This document shows, piece by piece, positions 29,829 through 40,911 of a stretch of DNA of 64,000 nucleotides (position 1 is its first letter; each line of letters opens with the position of its first letter). Under the pieces are notes generated by a model. The model had not been told where the DNA came from, did no database searches, and was given only the letters and a program-made list of their open reading frames with translations. Source of the stretch: an uncultured Candidatus Rokubacteria bacterium. GTDB lineage: Bacteria > Methylomirabilota > Methylomirabilia > Rokubacteriales > CSP1-6. The stretch spans positions 1,088,001 to 1,152,000 of the forward strand of contig CAVXJS010000021.1 in NCBI GenBank assembly GCA_963762145.1, written 5' to 3'. The translations under genes were made by a program, and so were the position numbers.

Positions 29829-31276
29829 CCCAGCAGGTCGGTCCGAAAGCGCTCCCGCAGGCCTGCCTGCACCTTGGTGACCGTGCGGAAGGCGTCGCGC
29901 AGCAATAGCGCATCGGCCCGGGAGAGCGTCCGATGATCGATGAGGTTGTCCGGGACGATCTCCCGGTCCAGCTGAGCGAGCTGGTGAACGAGCCGGAGAC
30001 GCAGCACGTGGTGGTAGGCATCGCCAATCTCTGTCGTCTCCGCCGCCGTATACGAGCCGTGCGCTCCGGCCGCCCGGAACCGATCGACGGTATTGACCTC
30101 CGACAGCCCGAGCTCGAGCGCATGGACGCGGGCCGCACCCGTGAGGGGCATGGCGGCCGCCCTCTTGACGTCGACACGTCCACGCCGCGTGGCGATGCGT
30201 CCGAAGAGGGTGAGAGGCGGCGGTCGCGAGACGACGTCATGCGCCAGCATGGCCAGGAAGACCCGGCGGGTGGGCGCCTCGCGCTCGATGAAGGCACACA
30301 GCTCACGACCTAGCCCGACGGCGCCCGCGATCGGGCGAAGATCGAAGTGGATACTCGCGGCAAGGACTTCAGGCGGGGACGGGTGATCAAGCCACCGGCC
30401 AAAGCTCTCGAGCCAGCCGCAGAGTGGGCGGCACCACGCTGGATTCGACGCCATGATCCCGCCGGGGCAGGGCGGAAATCCGATCGCCACCAGGCCTCGG
30501 ACGGCGGTCTCCGCGAAGCGCGCATAGTACGAAGCGGTGTCGTCCGCCTCGTCGGGCGCGGGGTCCGCGTATACGAGGCCGTTGTCCTGATCGGTCCGAA
30601 GGGTCTGTTCTCGCCTGGCCTCGGATCCGAACACGAGCCAGGAGTACGGAACCGTCGAATGATCCCCCGCCGCGGCGAGCGCTTCGGTGGTCACGTGGAG
30701 CACTCGCTGGACGAGCTGGTCGTTGAGCTCGGCGACGAGAGCACCGACATCGTAGGCCGAGGCGCCCGCGTGGACCAGCCGCCGGACGATCTGCGTCACG
30801 TCGGATGCAAGCCCCTTCAGTACGTCCAGGGACTGGGCGTCACCGATCGCGCGCGACAGAGCGACGGGGTGCGGCAGCTCGAGGCGAAGGACATCCGATG
30901 ACGATACGACCCCGAAAAGCCCATGATCCATGCCGACCACCAGGTGATGGATGCCCCGGCGAGTCATGGCGACCAGCGCGTCAAGGACGAAGGCGTCAGC
31001 CGGCACCGAGACGACGGGTGAAGACATGAGTTCACTGGCCGGAGTTGTCCGAGCATCCCGGCCTTCGGCGATGAGTTTCCGCCGCAAGTCCCGGTCGGTG
31101 ACGATGCCAACCGTCGAGCCGTCGGCGACCACGACGACGCACCCTACACGCTCCCGCGACATCAGGTGCGCGATGTCAGCGCCGCTCAGAGCAGGGGCGC
31201 ACGTGACCGGTGCGCGCGTGACGAGCTCACGGACCCGACGTACTAGGCTAGACACATCGCCGCCAGCGCGCATCAC
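29825..31276 (-). CDS. CBS + DUF294 nucleotidyltransferase-like protein
   Basis: GIVTDRDLR; FGSEARREQTLRTDQDNGL, CPGGIMASNP.W, FDLRPI. Confidence 0.9.
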   Translation of the reverse strand: MMRAGGDVSSLVRRVRELVTRAPVTCAPALSGADIAHLMSRERVGCVVVVADGSTVGIVTDRDLRRKLIAEGRDARTTPASELMSSPVVSVPADAFVLDALVAMTRRGIHHLVVGMDHGLFGVVSSSDVLRLELPHPVALSRAIGDAQSLDVLKGLASDVTQIVRRLVHAGASAYDVGALVAELNDQLVQRVLHVTTEALAAAGDHSTVPYSWLVFGSEARREQTLRTDQDNGLVYADPAPDEADDTASYYARFAETAVRGLVAIGFPPCPGGIMASNPAWCRPLCGWLESFGRWLDHPSPPEVLAASIHFDLRPIAGAVGLGRELCAFIEREAPTRRVFLAMLAHDVVSRPPPLTLFGRIATRRGRVDVKRAAAMPLTGAARVHALELGLSEVNTVDRFRAAGAHGSYTAAETTEIGDAYHHVLRLRLVHQLAQLDREIVPDNLIDHRTLSRADALLLRDAFRTVTKVQAGLRERFRTDLLG

Positions 31277-31879
31277 TCGGGCAGAGTGGTCAGCAACTCA
31301 TCGACTTTCATGAGCGTGCTCCTTTCCGCTGGCTCTACCATACCCGGAATCCCGGCACGTTGAGCCGGCTCGTGGCGACCCGCCGGCCCGTAGGCGACGA
31401 CGAGAAAGACCACGGCCGTGATCACCCAGGGGTGCAGGCCTGTGCTCGTCACCCGTTGCCGAGGTGAGTCGCGACGGTCGTGACGCCCACCTCGTCGAGG
31501 CCTTAGTTTCCACGGTCTCGTCGTCGGCGTGAATCGGACGAACGGGCGGTGGAATGAAGATCCGTATATCGCGGGCCTCGCCGCGCTCTTCGCGGTCTTC
31601 TGGTTCCCCTCGCGATACGTCCGCACCATCGTGCGGACTGGGCACTCGAGAACGCGCTGGTTGTGCTCGTCGTGCTCGAGCGAAACGAACTCGACCTTCG
31701 GTGCCTTGGCGACGACCCGGAGCGTCAAGAGAAAACACGCCTCCACCACCGCCAGCGGCGATATGGGGCCCCACGCGTCATCGAGACCGCCGTACTCGAG
31801 CGGGGCGTCGACCGCGCGGCGTACCCACTCGGTCAACCGATAAGCCGGGCCTGATAGGTGTGCGGAATGGGCTTCATCG

Positions 31880-32311
31880 TCAGTGGCGGCCGCTGGTCAC
31901 CGGGGCCGTCATGTGGAGGAAGGCCCGGACGATGTCCGTCTCGGTGACGATGCCGACCAGACGTCCGCCATCCAGCACCGGCAGGGCACCGATCCTGTGG
32001 TCCAGCATGAGCCGGGCGCCGTCCCGCGCGGGGCGATCCGGACCCACGGTGATTACCGACTGGGTCATCACCTCCCCGACCGTCAGCTTGGTGAGCAGAT
32101 GATTGATCTCCCACACCGACAGGCTCGTAGCCTGCGACGGGAGGTTGAGCCGGATGTCGCGGTCGGTGATGATGCCCAGCAAGGCGCCGCTCGTGTCCTT
32201 CACCAGCAGGTGGCGGATCCTCTCCTTGGCCATGAGATCCCGGGCTTCCAGGACCGGGGTCTCGCGACCCACCGTGATCAGGCCGCCCGACATCAGTTCC
32301 CGAATCGTCAT
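31880..32311 (-). CDS. CBS-pair protein, AcuB-like
   Basis: GIITDRDIR...S.ATSLSVWEINHLL.KLTV.EVMT; IGALPV; GGAGG RBS. Confidence 0.9.
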   Translation of the reverse strand: MTIRELMSGGLITVGRETPVLEARDLMAKERIRHLLVKDTSGALLGIITDRDIRLNLPSQATSLSVWEINHLLTKLTVGEVMTQSVITVGPDRPARDGARLMLDHRIGALPVLDGGRLVGIVTETDIVRAFLHMTAPVTSGRH

Positions 32312-32337
32312 GGCATCCTCCGTCGATCGACCACATT

Positions 32338-32353
32338 CGCAAGCCGCGTGCCG
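32338..32353 (-). promoter_or_regulatory. sigma54 promoter
   Basis: CGGCAC-GCGGC-TTGCG just upstream of CBS gene; palindrome TGGGG-N8-TCCCA at 32417-32434. Confidence 0.65.
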
Positions 32354-32519
32354 AGTGCCCGAGCGTCTCCGACAACGGGTTTCCGCGGACTTGCGCTTTT
32401 CCCGCCTGCGCCGCGGTGGGGAGTCTCCGTCCCACTGGGGCGCGGTGGCGTCGGGTGCTTCCCCTACCCTGCCCTCTCCCCTCATGGGGGAGAGGTGCTG
32501 TCTGCGTTGCGGACCGGGC

Positions 32520-32620
32520 GAGTCGCCTCGAACTGGCCCTGGCGCGCGTAGTCGATGGTCTCGCCGAGGATCCGCGCCATCTCCTGGGCGCGTGGAAACC
32601 CATCGAGTTACGCTCCGCGG
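32520..32620 (-). pseudogene. nrfA: C-terminal remnant of cytochrome c552 nitrite reductase
   Basis: AE(R)NSMGFHAP, frameshift, QEMARILGETIDYARQGQ matches the NrfA C-terminal helix. Confidence 0.7.
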
Positions 32621-32698
32621 TCGGCCTGGCCCGGTCGATCGCGGCTAGCCAGATCGCGATACGACGAGCGAGCGCAGATAGATCCTCTGCTTGGCCCT

Positions 32699-33157
32699 TT
32701 AGCGAAGGGACATGATGACGTCCGCGCACTCTACCGAGCAGTTCGCATCTGCGCGGACGATGTGGCGCAGCACGTCAGTCTCCGTCAAAATCCCCACTAC
32801 GCGCCCCGTTTGCACGACCGGGAGCGACCCAATCCTTTTTTCGACCATGATGCGGACGGCGTCGGCTACGTCGTCGCTTGGCCCGACAGTAATCACCTCT
32901 GTGGACATGATCTGGGCAATCCATACCTCCTTGAGGAGGATATCCACCGAGTTGCTGCATAGTTCCTTGAACACGCCAGGCGAGAAGAGATGGCGACGGA
33001 GATCGCGATCCGTGACCACCCCCACGAGCAGCCCTTCCTGGTTCACGACAGGCAGGTGGCGGATGCGCATGCGATGCATTCGCGTCACGGCATCGAGGCA
33101 CGAACTAGAAGGCGCAATGGTGGTGACATGCCGACTCATCAGTTCCCGGACCAGCAT
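32699..33157 (-). CDS. CBS-pair protein
   Basis: IRHLPVV, GVVTDRDLR, IGSLPV, GILTETD; AGGAGG RBS. Confidence 0.9.
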   Translation of the reverse strand: MLVRELMSRHVTTIAPSSSCLDAVTRMHRMRIRHLPVVNQEGLLVGVVTDRDLRRHLFSPGVFKELCSNSVDILLKEVWIAQIMSTEVITVGPSDDVADAVRIMVEKRIGSLPVVQTGRVVGILTETDVLRHIVRADANCSVECADVIMSLR

Positions 33158-33375
33158 AAGAGGCCTCCTTGCCCTGACCGGGCCGTAACATCCGTGCACT
33201 GGTCCAATCGGTGCAACTGCGCCAAGCCGACGCGTGCGGCGCCAGTCGCTGTCGCCCTCGCGGCCTCACGTTTAGCACCGATCCGGGACAGTCGCCGAGC
33301 CTCGCGCGCTCCGGCGCGAGGTCGCTCGGCATTGCTGCTTCGACTCGTTCGCATCGCATGGGATCATCCGGAGAT

Positions 33376-33391
33376 TGCATCGCGGATGCCA
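33376..33391 (-). promoter_or_regulatory. sigma54 promoter
   Basis: TGGCAT-CCGCG-ATGCA; perfect palindrome TGGGG-TGGCAACA-CCCCA at 33457-33474. Confidence 0.55.
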
Positions 33392-33680
33392 CCCACCTCT
33401 AATGCGAAGACTCGCGTAGTTAGGAGTAGCCCGGGGCAAGGTCGCGCGGTGACATGTGGGGTGGCAACACCCCACGGGCGACGTCAATGTCCCGCTTTGC
33501 CAACGACGCTGGCTTGGCGAGGCGGACGTCGATCGGGCCGTGAAGCGTGCGAGTCCCACGTCGGCGGCGGGCAGCCGCCTCGCTGGGGCGGTCCATCCCC
33601 AGGTGGGGCACGGCACGGACACACCGAGTGTCCGCCGCTATTTACCTCCTTATTTGACGCGGGTTGCGGCCACCAGACCG

Positions 33681-33696
33681 AGGCATGGGCATTGCA
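33681..33696 (+). promoter_or_regulatory. sigma54 promoter of hlyD-rbbA-yhhJ
   Basis: AGGCAT-GGGCA-TTGCA; palindrome TGGGG-CGGTCCAT-CCCCA at 33584-33601. Confidence 0.6.
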
Positions 33697-33805
33697 ACCC
33701 ACCTGAGCCGGCCCACGGGAAGCCACTAGTGGCCTTGAGACGCGGCGGTCAGTCCGGCCGCGGTGGTGACAACGGGAGAAGCGGGATGGATTCCGTGTGA
33801 TCGGG

Positions 33806-35101
33806 ATGAATACGATGGTAGGGCCCGCGACGAAGCGGATCGGCGTCGCTGGTGCTTTGGTCCTACTGGCGCTGGGAGGCTGGGCCGGCTGGCAGTACTT
33901 CATGGAGCCGCGTCTGCTCCTCTCCCAGGCCATCCGATACTTCAGGGGGCCCGTGCTCCCGGCGAGCTTCGCATCAGGGAACGGCCGCATCGAGGCGACC
34001 GAGTACGATATCGCCACCAAGAGGGCCGGCCGGATTGCCAGTGTCCTCGTCGCCGAGGGCGACATGGTCGAGGTCGGCCAGACGCTCGCCCGGATGGACA
34101 CGCGGGATCTCGAAGCAGATCTGCGCGAGGCCCAGGCCCTGGCGATCCAAGCCCGTGAAGACCGACGGCGCGCCGTCGCCGCCATCACCCAGCGCGAGAG
34201 CGAGCTCCGGAGCGCGACCGCCGCCATCGCGCAGCGGCGGAGCGACCTCCGGCGCGCCGATGCCGCCATCGCGCAGCGGCGGAGCGACCTCCGGCGCGCC
34301 GATGCCGCTATCGCTCAGCGCGAGAGCGAGCTGGTCCTGGCCCAGAAGGAGCTGCGTCCGTACGCAGGTGCTGTTCGCCAAAGACTTGATCGCCAGCCAG
34401 AAGCTCGACGAGGACCTGGCCAGGATGCAGACGGCCGAAGCGACACTGGCCCAGCAGCAAGCTGCCCGACAGGCCGCCGAAGGCGCCGTGGTCGAGGCCG
34501 AGGCCCAGCGGCAGACTGCGGACGCGGCCCTAGCCCAACAGGAAGCCCAGCAACAGGCGGTCGACGCCACGGTGACGGCCGCACGGATCGACGTCGACTA
34601 CCGGGAGGCCGCCATCGCGGCGGCGGCCGCGCGGACCGAGAAGATCGCGACCGAGATCAAGGACAGCACGCTCGAGTCCTCCGTTCGGGGGCGCGTCCTC
34701 TATCGGGTCGCCGAGCCCGGCGAGGTGCTCGCGGCCGGCGGCAAGGTGGTCACCGTGCTGCAGCTGAGCGACGTCTACATGACGATCTTCCTCCCGACGG
34801 AGCAGGCCGGACGGGTGATCGTCGGATCGGAAGGGCGCATCGTCCTCGACGCCGCTCCCACTCTCGTCATTCCGGCGGCGGTGTCGTTCGTCGCTCCCCG
34901 CTCGCAGTTCACGCCGAAGGAGGTCGAGACGCGAACCGAGCGCGAGAAGCTCATGTTCCGGGTCAAGGTCCGGATCGATCCGGACCTGCTCGCCCAGCAC
35001 CTGGAGAAGGTGAAGACCGGGCTGCCCGGCGTGGCCTACGTGCGCCTCGACCCGACGCGCGGCGTGGCCCGAGCACCTCCGCGTCAAGCTGCACCCGATG
35101 A
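33806..35101 (+). CDS. HlyD-family adaptor (YhiI-like), frameshifted
   Basis: [19 protein letters not shown]; [14 protein letters not shown]; [20 protein letters not shown]; indels ~34357 and near the 3' end. Confidence 0.85.
   Translation: MNTMVGPATKRIGVAGALVLLALGGWAGWQYFMEPRLLLSQAIRYFRGPVLPASFASGNGRIEATEYDIATKRAGRIASVLVAEGDMVEVGQTLARMDTRDLEADLREAQALAIQAREDRRRAVAAITQRESELRSATAAIAQRRSDLRRADAAIAQRRSDLRRADAAIAQRESELVLAQKELRPYAGAVRQRLDRQPEARRGPGQDADGRSDTGPAASCPTGRRRRRGRGRGPAADCGRGPSPTGSPATGGRRHGDGRTDRRRLPGGRHRGGGRADREDRDRDQGQHARVLRSGARPLSGRRARRGARGRRQGGHRAAAERRLHDDLPPDGAGRTGDRRIGRAHRPRRRSHSRHSGGGVVRRSPLAVHAEGGRDANRAREAHVPGQGPDRSGPARPAPGEGEDRAARRGLRAPRPDARRGPSTSASSCTR
34219..34320 (+). repeat. 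42-bp in-frame tandem repeat in HlyD coiled coil
   Basis: GCCGCCATCGCGCAGCGGCGGAGCGACCTCCGGCGCGCCGAT twice plus a degenerate third start ([14 protein letters not shown]). Confidence 0.8.
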
Positions 35102-37856
35102 GCGCCGGCGGCCCCGCCGTACAGACGAGAGGCCTGAGCCATACGGTACGGCGAGCCGGCTCGCGCTCGACACGCTCGACCTCGATATTCCCGTCCGGCT
35201 GTCTGGCCGGGATCATCGGCCCCGACGGCGTCGGGAAATCCACGCTGCTCGGTCTCATCGCCGGGGCCCGCCGGGTCCGGAGCGGCACCATGACCGTGCT
35301 CGGCGGCGACATGCGCTCCGGCCGCATTCCGGAGCGCCGTCTCGGCGCGCATCGCCTACATGCCGCAGGGCCTGGGCCGGAACCTCTACCCGTCGCTGTC
35401 GGTCCTGGAAAACGTGGACTTCTTCGGCCGTCTGTTCGGCCAGCCACGTGAAGAGCGCGGGCGGCGGATCGACGAGCTGCTCGCGAGCACGGGCCTGGCC
35501 CGGTTCCGGGGTCGGGCCGCCGGCAAGCTTTCCGGCGGGATGAAGCAGAAGCTCGGCCTGTGCTGCGCACTCATCCACGATCCGGATCTCCTGATCCTGG
35601 ACGAGCCCACCACCGGGATCGATCCCCTCTCGCGCCGTCAGTTCTGGGAGCTCATCGACCGCATCCGGGCCCGCCGGCCCGGTATGAGCGTGCTGGTCTC
35701 CACCGCCTACATGGAGGAGGCGCAGACGTTCGACTGGCTGGCTGCCATGGACTCCGGCAAGGTCCTGGCCAGCGGGCACGCCGGCCGAGGCTGATGGCCC
35801 GCACCGGCACGCACGATCTGGACGACCGCCTTCATCGAGCTGTTGCCGGAGGAGAAGCGGCGCGGTCACCGCGCCCTCGTGATCCCACCGCGCCGGACCA
35901 CCGAGGGGCGAGCCCGCCATCGAGGCCGAGGCGCTCACCAAGCGCTTCGGCGCCTTCACCGCGGTGGACCAGGTCAGCTTCACGATCGAGCGCGGCGAGA
36001 TCTTCGGCTTCCTTGGCTCCAACGGGTGCGGCAAGACGACGACCATGAAGATGCTCACCGGGCTCCTGCCCGCCACCGAGGGTCGCGCCCGCCTGTTCGG
36101 GCGCCCGGTGAATCCGCGCGACCTGGAGACCCGCCGCCGCGTCGGGTACATGTCCCAGGCCTTCTCGCTCTACAGCGGAGCTGACGGTGCGCCAGAACCT
36201 CGAGCTGCATGCGCGGCTGTTCCAGCTGCCGCCCGACCGCACCCCGGAGCGTGTCGTCGCGCTGCTCCGCCGGTTCGAGCTGGAGGGCCACGCCGACGAC
36301 CTGGCGGAGACGCTGCCCCTCGGAATCCGTCAGCGCCTCTCGCTGGCGGTGGCGGTGGTGCACGAGCCCGAGATCCTGATCCTGGACGAGCCCACCTCCG
36401 GGGTCGATCCGGTGGCGCGCGACCGCTTCTGGGAGCTGCTCATCGACCTGTCGCGGCGGGACGGGGTCACCATCTTCGTCTCGACCCACTTCATGAACGA
36501 AGGGCGAGCGCTGCGACCGCATCTCCCTGATGCACGCCGGTCGCGTGCTGGCCACCGACACCCCGGCCGCGCTCGTCCGGGCGCCGGCAGCGCCGCGACG
36601 CTCGAAGAGGCGTTCGTCGCCTACCTGGAGGAGGCGGGGCGCGAGGCCGGTGTGGAGGAGGCCGCCCCACCCCGATCAGCGCGGCGGTACCGGGGCCAGC
36701 CGGGGCTGAAAGGCATGATCGCCGTCGCGCGTTCACCTGTCGCGGCTCCTGGCCTACGCTCGCCGGGAGAGCCTGGAGCTCCAGCGTGATCCGATCCGCC
36801 TGGCCTTCGCCCTGCTCGGCTCGGCGCTGCTGATGGTCGTCCTCGGCTACGGCATCGGCATGGATGTGGAGAATCTGGCGTTCGCCGTCCTGGACGGCGA
36901 CCAGAGCCCCGAGAGCCGAGACTATCTGCAGAGCATCGCCGGCTCCCGCTATTTCATCCAGCGCCCGCCCATCCACACGTCCGCCGAGCTCGATCGACGC
37001 CTGCGCAGCGGAGAGCTGGCGCTGGCCATCGAGATCCCTCCCACCTTCGGGCAGAACGTCAGGCGCGGCCGCTCGCCGGAGGTCGGCGTCTGGGTGGACG
37101 GGGCGATGCCGTTCCGCGGCGAGACCATCCGCGGCTACATGCAGGGCGTCCACCAGGACTATCTCGCCGGCCTCGCCCTGCTCGCCTCCGGGGCGGCGCC
37201 GCCCCGCGGCCCCGGTGAACATCGAGGTGCGGTACCGGTACAACCAGGATTTCCGCAGCCTCGACGCGATGGTCCCGGCGATCATCCCGCTATTGCTGCT
37301 GTTCGTCCCCTCGATCCTGACCGCGCTGGCCGTGGTGCGCGAGAAGGAGCTGGGCTCGATCACCAACCTCTACGTCACCCCGGTGACGCGCCTCGAGTTC
37401 CTGCTCGGCAAGCAGCTGCCCTACGTGGCCGTCGCGATGTTCAGCTTCTTCGTGCTGGTCGTGCTCGCGGTCTTCGTGTTCCGTGTCCCGCTCAAGGGCA
37501 GCCTGGCCGCCCTCACGATGGGGGCCCTCCTGTACGTCGTCACCGCGACCGGCTTCGGCTTGCTGATGTCCGCCTTCACTCGAACCCAGGTCGCCGCCCT
37601 GTTCGGGACTGCCATCGCCACGCTGACGCCGGCCACCCAGTTCTCGGGCCTCACCACGCCGGCCTCGTCTCTGGAAGGCGCCGGGCGCGCAATCGGGAGC
37701 ATCTTCCCCACGACCTATTTCCTCATCATCAGCCGCGGCACGTTCAACAAGGCGCTCGGCTTCGGCGATCTCTCGGGCCCATTCCTCGCGCTCGCCGCCT
37801 TCATCCCGGCGGTCACCCTCCTCAGCCTGCTCTTCCTCCGGAAGCAAGCCCGATGA
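35098..37856 (+). CDS. rbbA: Ribosome-associated ATPase / ABC transporter RbbA, multiply frameshifted
   Basis: [79 protein letters not shown] across frames. Confidence 0.85.
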
Positions 37857-38965
37857 TCTTTCAGCTCGGGATCAAGGAGCTGCGCAGCCTGTGGCACGAC
37901 AAGGTGCTCCTGCTCTTCGTCCTCTGGGCCTTCTCGTTCGGCGTCTACAGCGCCGCGACAGCCGTGACCCGCGAGCTGCACCACGCGGCCATCGCGGTGG
38001 TCGACGAGGACCGCTCCCCGCTCTCCCAGCGCATCGTCGGGGCCTTCTACGGGCCGTACTTCCGGCCGCCCGCGCTGATCGGCCTGACCGAGATCGATCC
38101 GGGTCTGGACGCCGGCCGCTACACCTTCGTCCTCGACATCCCGCCCAACTTTCAGCGCGATGTCCAGGCGGGCCGGCAGCCTACCCTTCAGGTCAACATC
38201 GACGCCACCCAGATGAGCCAGGCGTTCATCGGCGCCAGCTACATCCAGAACATCGTGACGGACGAGACCGCCGGCTTCGTCCAGCGGCGCAGCCGCGACA
38301 CCGCCCTGCCGATCCCCCTGGTCGTGCGGGTCAGGTTCAACCCGAACCTCAACGGTATCTGGTTCGGGGGCGTCATGAAGATCATCGATCACATCACCAT
38401 GCTCTCGGTCATCCTCACCGGGGCCGCGCTCATCCGGGAGCGCGAGCACGGTACCCTCGAGCATCTGCTCGTGATGCCCCTGACGCCGTTCCAGATCATG
38501 GTGGCCAAGATCTGGGCCAACGGGGCGGTGGTGCTGGTGGCGGCCGGTCTCTCGCTCTGGCTCGTGGTGAGGGGAGTGCTGGGCGTCCCCATCGCTGGCT
38601 CGGTGACGCTCTTCCTGTTCGGGGCAGCCCTGCACCTGTTCTCCTCCACGTCGCTGGGAATCTTCCTGGGCACGATCGCCCGCTCGATGCCGCAGTTCGG
38701 CCTGCTGATGATCCTCGTCATCCTGCCGCTCCAACTGCTCTCCGGTGGAATGACGCCCCGCGAGAGCATGCCGGGCGTCGTCCAGACGATCATGCTGGCG
38801 GCGCCGACCACCCACTTCGTGAAGTTCGCGCAGGCCATTCTCTACCGTGGCGCCGGCCTCGACGTGGTCTGGCCCCAGTTCCTGGCCATCACCGCCATCG
38901 GCGCCGTGTTCTTCCTGGTGGCGCTGACGCGGTTCCGCAAGGCGGTGACCCTCACCCAGGTCTGA
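37853..38965 (+). CDS. yhhJ: ABC-2 permease YhhJ-like
   Basis: [55 protein letters not shown]. Confidence 0.9.
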   Translation: MIFQLGIKELRSLWHDKVLLLFVLWAFSFGVYSAATAVTRELHHAAIAVVDEDRSPLSQRIVGAFYGPYFRPPALIGLTEIDPGLDAGRYTFVLDIPPNFQRDVQAGRQPTLQVNIDATQMSQAFIGASYIQNIVTDETAGFVQRRSRDTALPIPLVVRVRFNPNLNGIWFGGVMKIIDHITMLSVILTGAALIREREHGTLEHLLVMPLTPFQIMVAKIWANGAVVLVAAGLSLWLVVRGVLGVPIAGSVTLFLFGAALHLFSSTSLGIFLGTIARSMPQFGLLMILVILPLQLLSGGMTPRESMPGVVQTIMLAAPTTHFVKFAQAILYRGAGLDVVWPQFLAITAIGAVFFLVALTRFRKAVTLTQV

Positions 38966-39113
38966 GTTGTCGAGCAGCACGCCGAGCGGAGTGATGGACC
39001 TCACGATGTCGAGCTCGGCCAGCTACGAGCTGATCGAGTGGGGAGCCGCCGTCGTCTTCGGCCCGCCGACACGATCGGTTGCGAGGGTCGCGTCCGCGCG
39101 GATAGAATCCAGC

Positions 39114-39752
39114 ATGATCCAGTCAGCGCTGCTCGCCGGGTATCTCGTGTTCTGGGGCGCCCTGGGTCTGGCGCCCCTCGATCCGCAGAACTGGGCGCTC
39201 TCGAGCATCCTCCCGCTGACCTTCGTCGGAGCCCTCGTCTTCGGGCGTCGGAGCATGCCGCTCTCCGTCGCCTCCTACACCCTCATCGCGGGCTTTCTGG
39301 CGCTGCACACCGTCGGGGCTCACTACACCTACGCCCAGGTGCCGGTCGGTCAGTGGCTCCAGGCGCTGCTCGGGCTCGAGCGGAACCACTTCGACCGCGT
39401 GACGCACTTCGCCTTCGGCCTCCTCCTGACCTATCCGCTCTTCGAGCTCTTCCGCCGCCTCACCGACGCTCGGCGTCCGCTCCTCCTCTACCTCACCTTC
39501 ATGACCCAACTCGGGCTGGCCGGGGCTTGGGAGATCATCGAAGCGGTGGTGGCCCAGGTCACACGACCGGATCTGGGGACCGCCTTCGTCGGCGCGCAGG
39601 GCGACCCCTGGGATGCGCAGCACGACATGCTGGCGGCGACCTGCGGCACGGTGATCGCGTTGCTCCTGACCGTGACCTGGCCGGCAGTGGCTCGGCGTGG
39701 GCGCGTCTCCAAACCCTCGGCGCCCCTGACGCCGTCCGGAGCGGAGGAGTAG
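39114..39752 (+). CDS. DUF2238 (YjdF) membrane protein, preceded by a fragment of a second copy (~38995-39065)
   Basis: LHTVGAHYTYAQVP, RNHFDR..HFAFG, WEIIE, GAQGDPWDAQ.DM; upstream SYELIEWGAAVVFG. Confidence 0.88.
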   Translation: MIQSALLAGYLVFWGALGLAPLDPQNWALSSILPLTFVGALVFGRRSMPLSVASYTLIAGFLALHTVGAHYTYAQVPVGQWLQALLGLERNHFDRVTHFAFGLLLTYPLFELFRRLTDARRPLLLYLTFMTQLGLAGAWEIIEAVVAQVTRPDLGTAFVGAQGDPWDAQHDMLAATCGTVIALLLTVTWPAVARRGRVSKPSAPLTPSGAEE

Positions 39753-39828
39753 CGGCTCGACGTCCCGGGGGGCGGTTTCGCGATACATGTGTGACCGCCC
39801 TCCTCGAAGCCTCTCCTGAAGGTTCCGG

Positions 39829-40275
39829 TCAGACGCTCCGGGGCACCGGATGAGACGCCGCCGGTCCACCCGTCAGCCACATGAACCCGCGCAAGATGTC
39901 CGTCTCGGTGATGATGCCGATCAGCGTCCCGGCGTCCGTCACGGGCAAGGCACCAATCGAGTGGCCCAGCATGAGCTCCGCCGCGTCCCGCGCGTCCCGG
40001 TCCGGTCCGATCGTGATCACGGTCCGGGTCATGACCTCTCCGACCGTGAGCTTCGTCAGCAGATGGTTGATCTCCCAGACCGACAAGCTCGTCGCCTTCG
40101 AGGGCAGGTTCAGGCGGATGTCGCGGTCAGTCACGATGCCGACCAGCCGGCCGTTCTCCGTGACGAGCAGATGGCGGATCCTCTCCTCGACCATCCGCCG
40201 TCGGGCGTCAACCACCGGAGTTTCGGGCGGCATGGTGATCACGTTGACTCCAGTCATCAATTCACTAACCTTCAT
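39829..40275 (-). CDS. CBS-pair protein, AcuB-like; close paralog of 31880-32311
   Basis: TDRDIRLNLPSKATSLSVWEINHLLTKLTVGEVMT. Confidence 0.9.
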   Translation of the reverse strand: MKVSELMTGVNVITMPPETPVVDARRRMVEERIRHLLVTENGRLVGIVTDRDIRLNLPSKATSLSVWEINHLLTKLTVGEVMTRTVITIGPDRDARDAAELMLGHSIGALPVTDAGTLIGIITETDILRGFMWLTGGPAASHPVPRSV

Positions 40276-40323
40276 GGCGGTACTCCTTTCCTATGCATCC
40301 TCAGTAGTCCTAGTCGGCAGCCG

Positions 40324-40893
40324 TCATACCGGCAGTCCGGGGCGTCCGGAGCGCTCGGCCTCCCGTTTCTGCTCGAGCGCTTCGCCTCGAATGCGCGTTC
40401 GGCAGCTCTCGCAGATGAGATCGTCGCCCGCCTCGCCACAACCCAGGCAGCGCCGGGGCGACACCGGGGCGAGTGGCGGCGCAGCGGGAATGGCCCCTCG
40501 CTCCGCGAGGACCGAGGCCGGCACGGTCAGCACGAGGCAGGGCGACAGGCGAACCACCGTCTCGGCCACGCTGCCAAGGATCGCGAGGGTGATCCCGGTA
40601 CGGCCGTGGGTCCCCAACACGATGAGATCGATGTGCTTCTCCCGCGCGTAGTCGACAATCTTCCGGCCCGCCCACCCGGTCAGGAGCACCGTCTCCGCGC
40701 GGAGCCCGTCGGTGAGACGCCGGGCCGCTCGCGCGAGACTCTCGGCGGGCGAGGACGGATCGGTGAGGGGCGGCACGACGTGAAGCACATGGAGGCGCGC
40801 GTCCGCCCGCACCGCCATCTCCCGCGCGATGAGTCCCGCCACCTCGGACTCGGGAGAGAAGTCGGTCGGGAACAGGATCTCATTCAGTCTCAT
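40324..40893 (-). CDS. Universal stress protein with C-terminal Cys4 motif
   Basis: ILFPTDFS, DLIVLGTHGRTG...LGSVAE; tail CLGC-x8-CESC. Confidence 0.88.
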   Translation of the reverse strand: MRLNEILFPTDFSPESEVAGLIAREMAVRADARLHVLHVVPPLTDPSSPAESLARAARRLTDGLRAETVLLTGWAGRKIVDYAREKHIDLIVLGTHGRTGITLAILGSVAETVVRLSPCLVLTVPASVLAERGAIPAAPPLAPVSPRRCLGCGEAGDDLICESCRTRIRGEALEQKREAERSGRPGLPV

Positions 40894-40911
40894 GGCCTCC
40901 TCCTGCTGTCG

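Noticed and set aside
33205-33232. sigma54-like TGGCGCAGTTGCA upstream of the CBS gene
   Set aside because: GG-GC spacing is not 10 bp. The site at 33376 fits better.
35098-37856. Programmed frameshifting in rbbA
   Set aside because: Too many shifts and no clear slippery sites. Error or decay is simpler.
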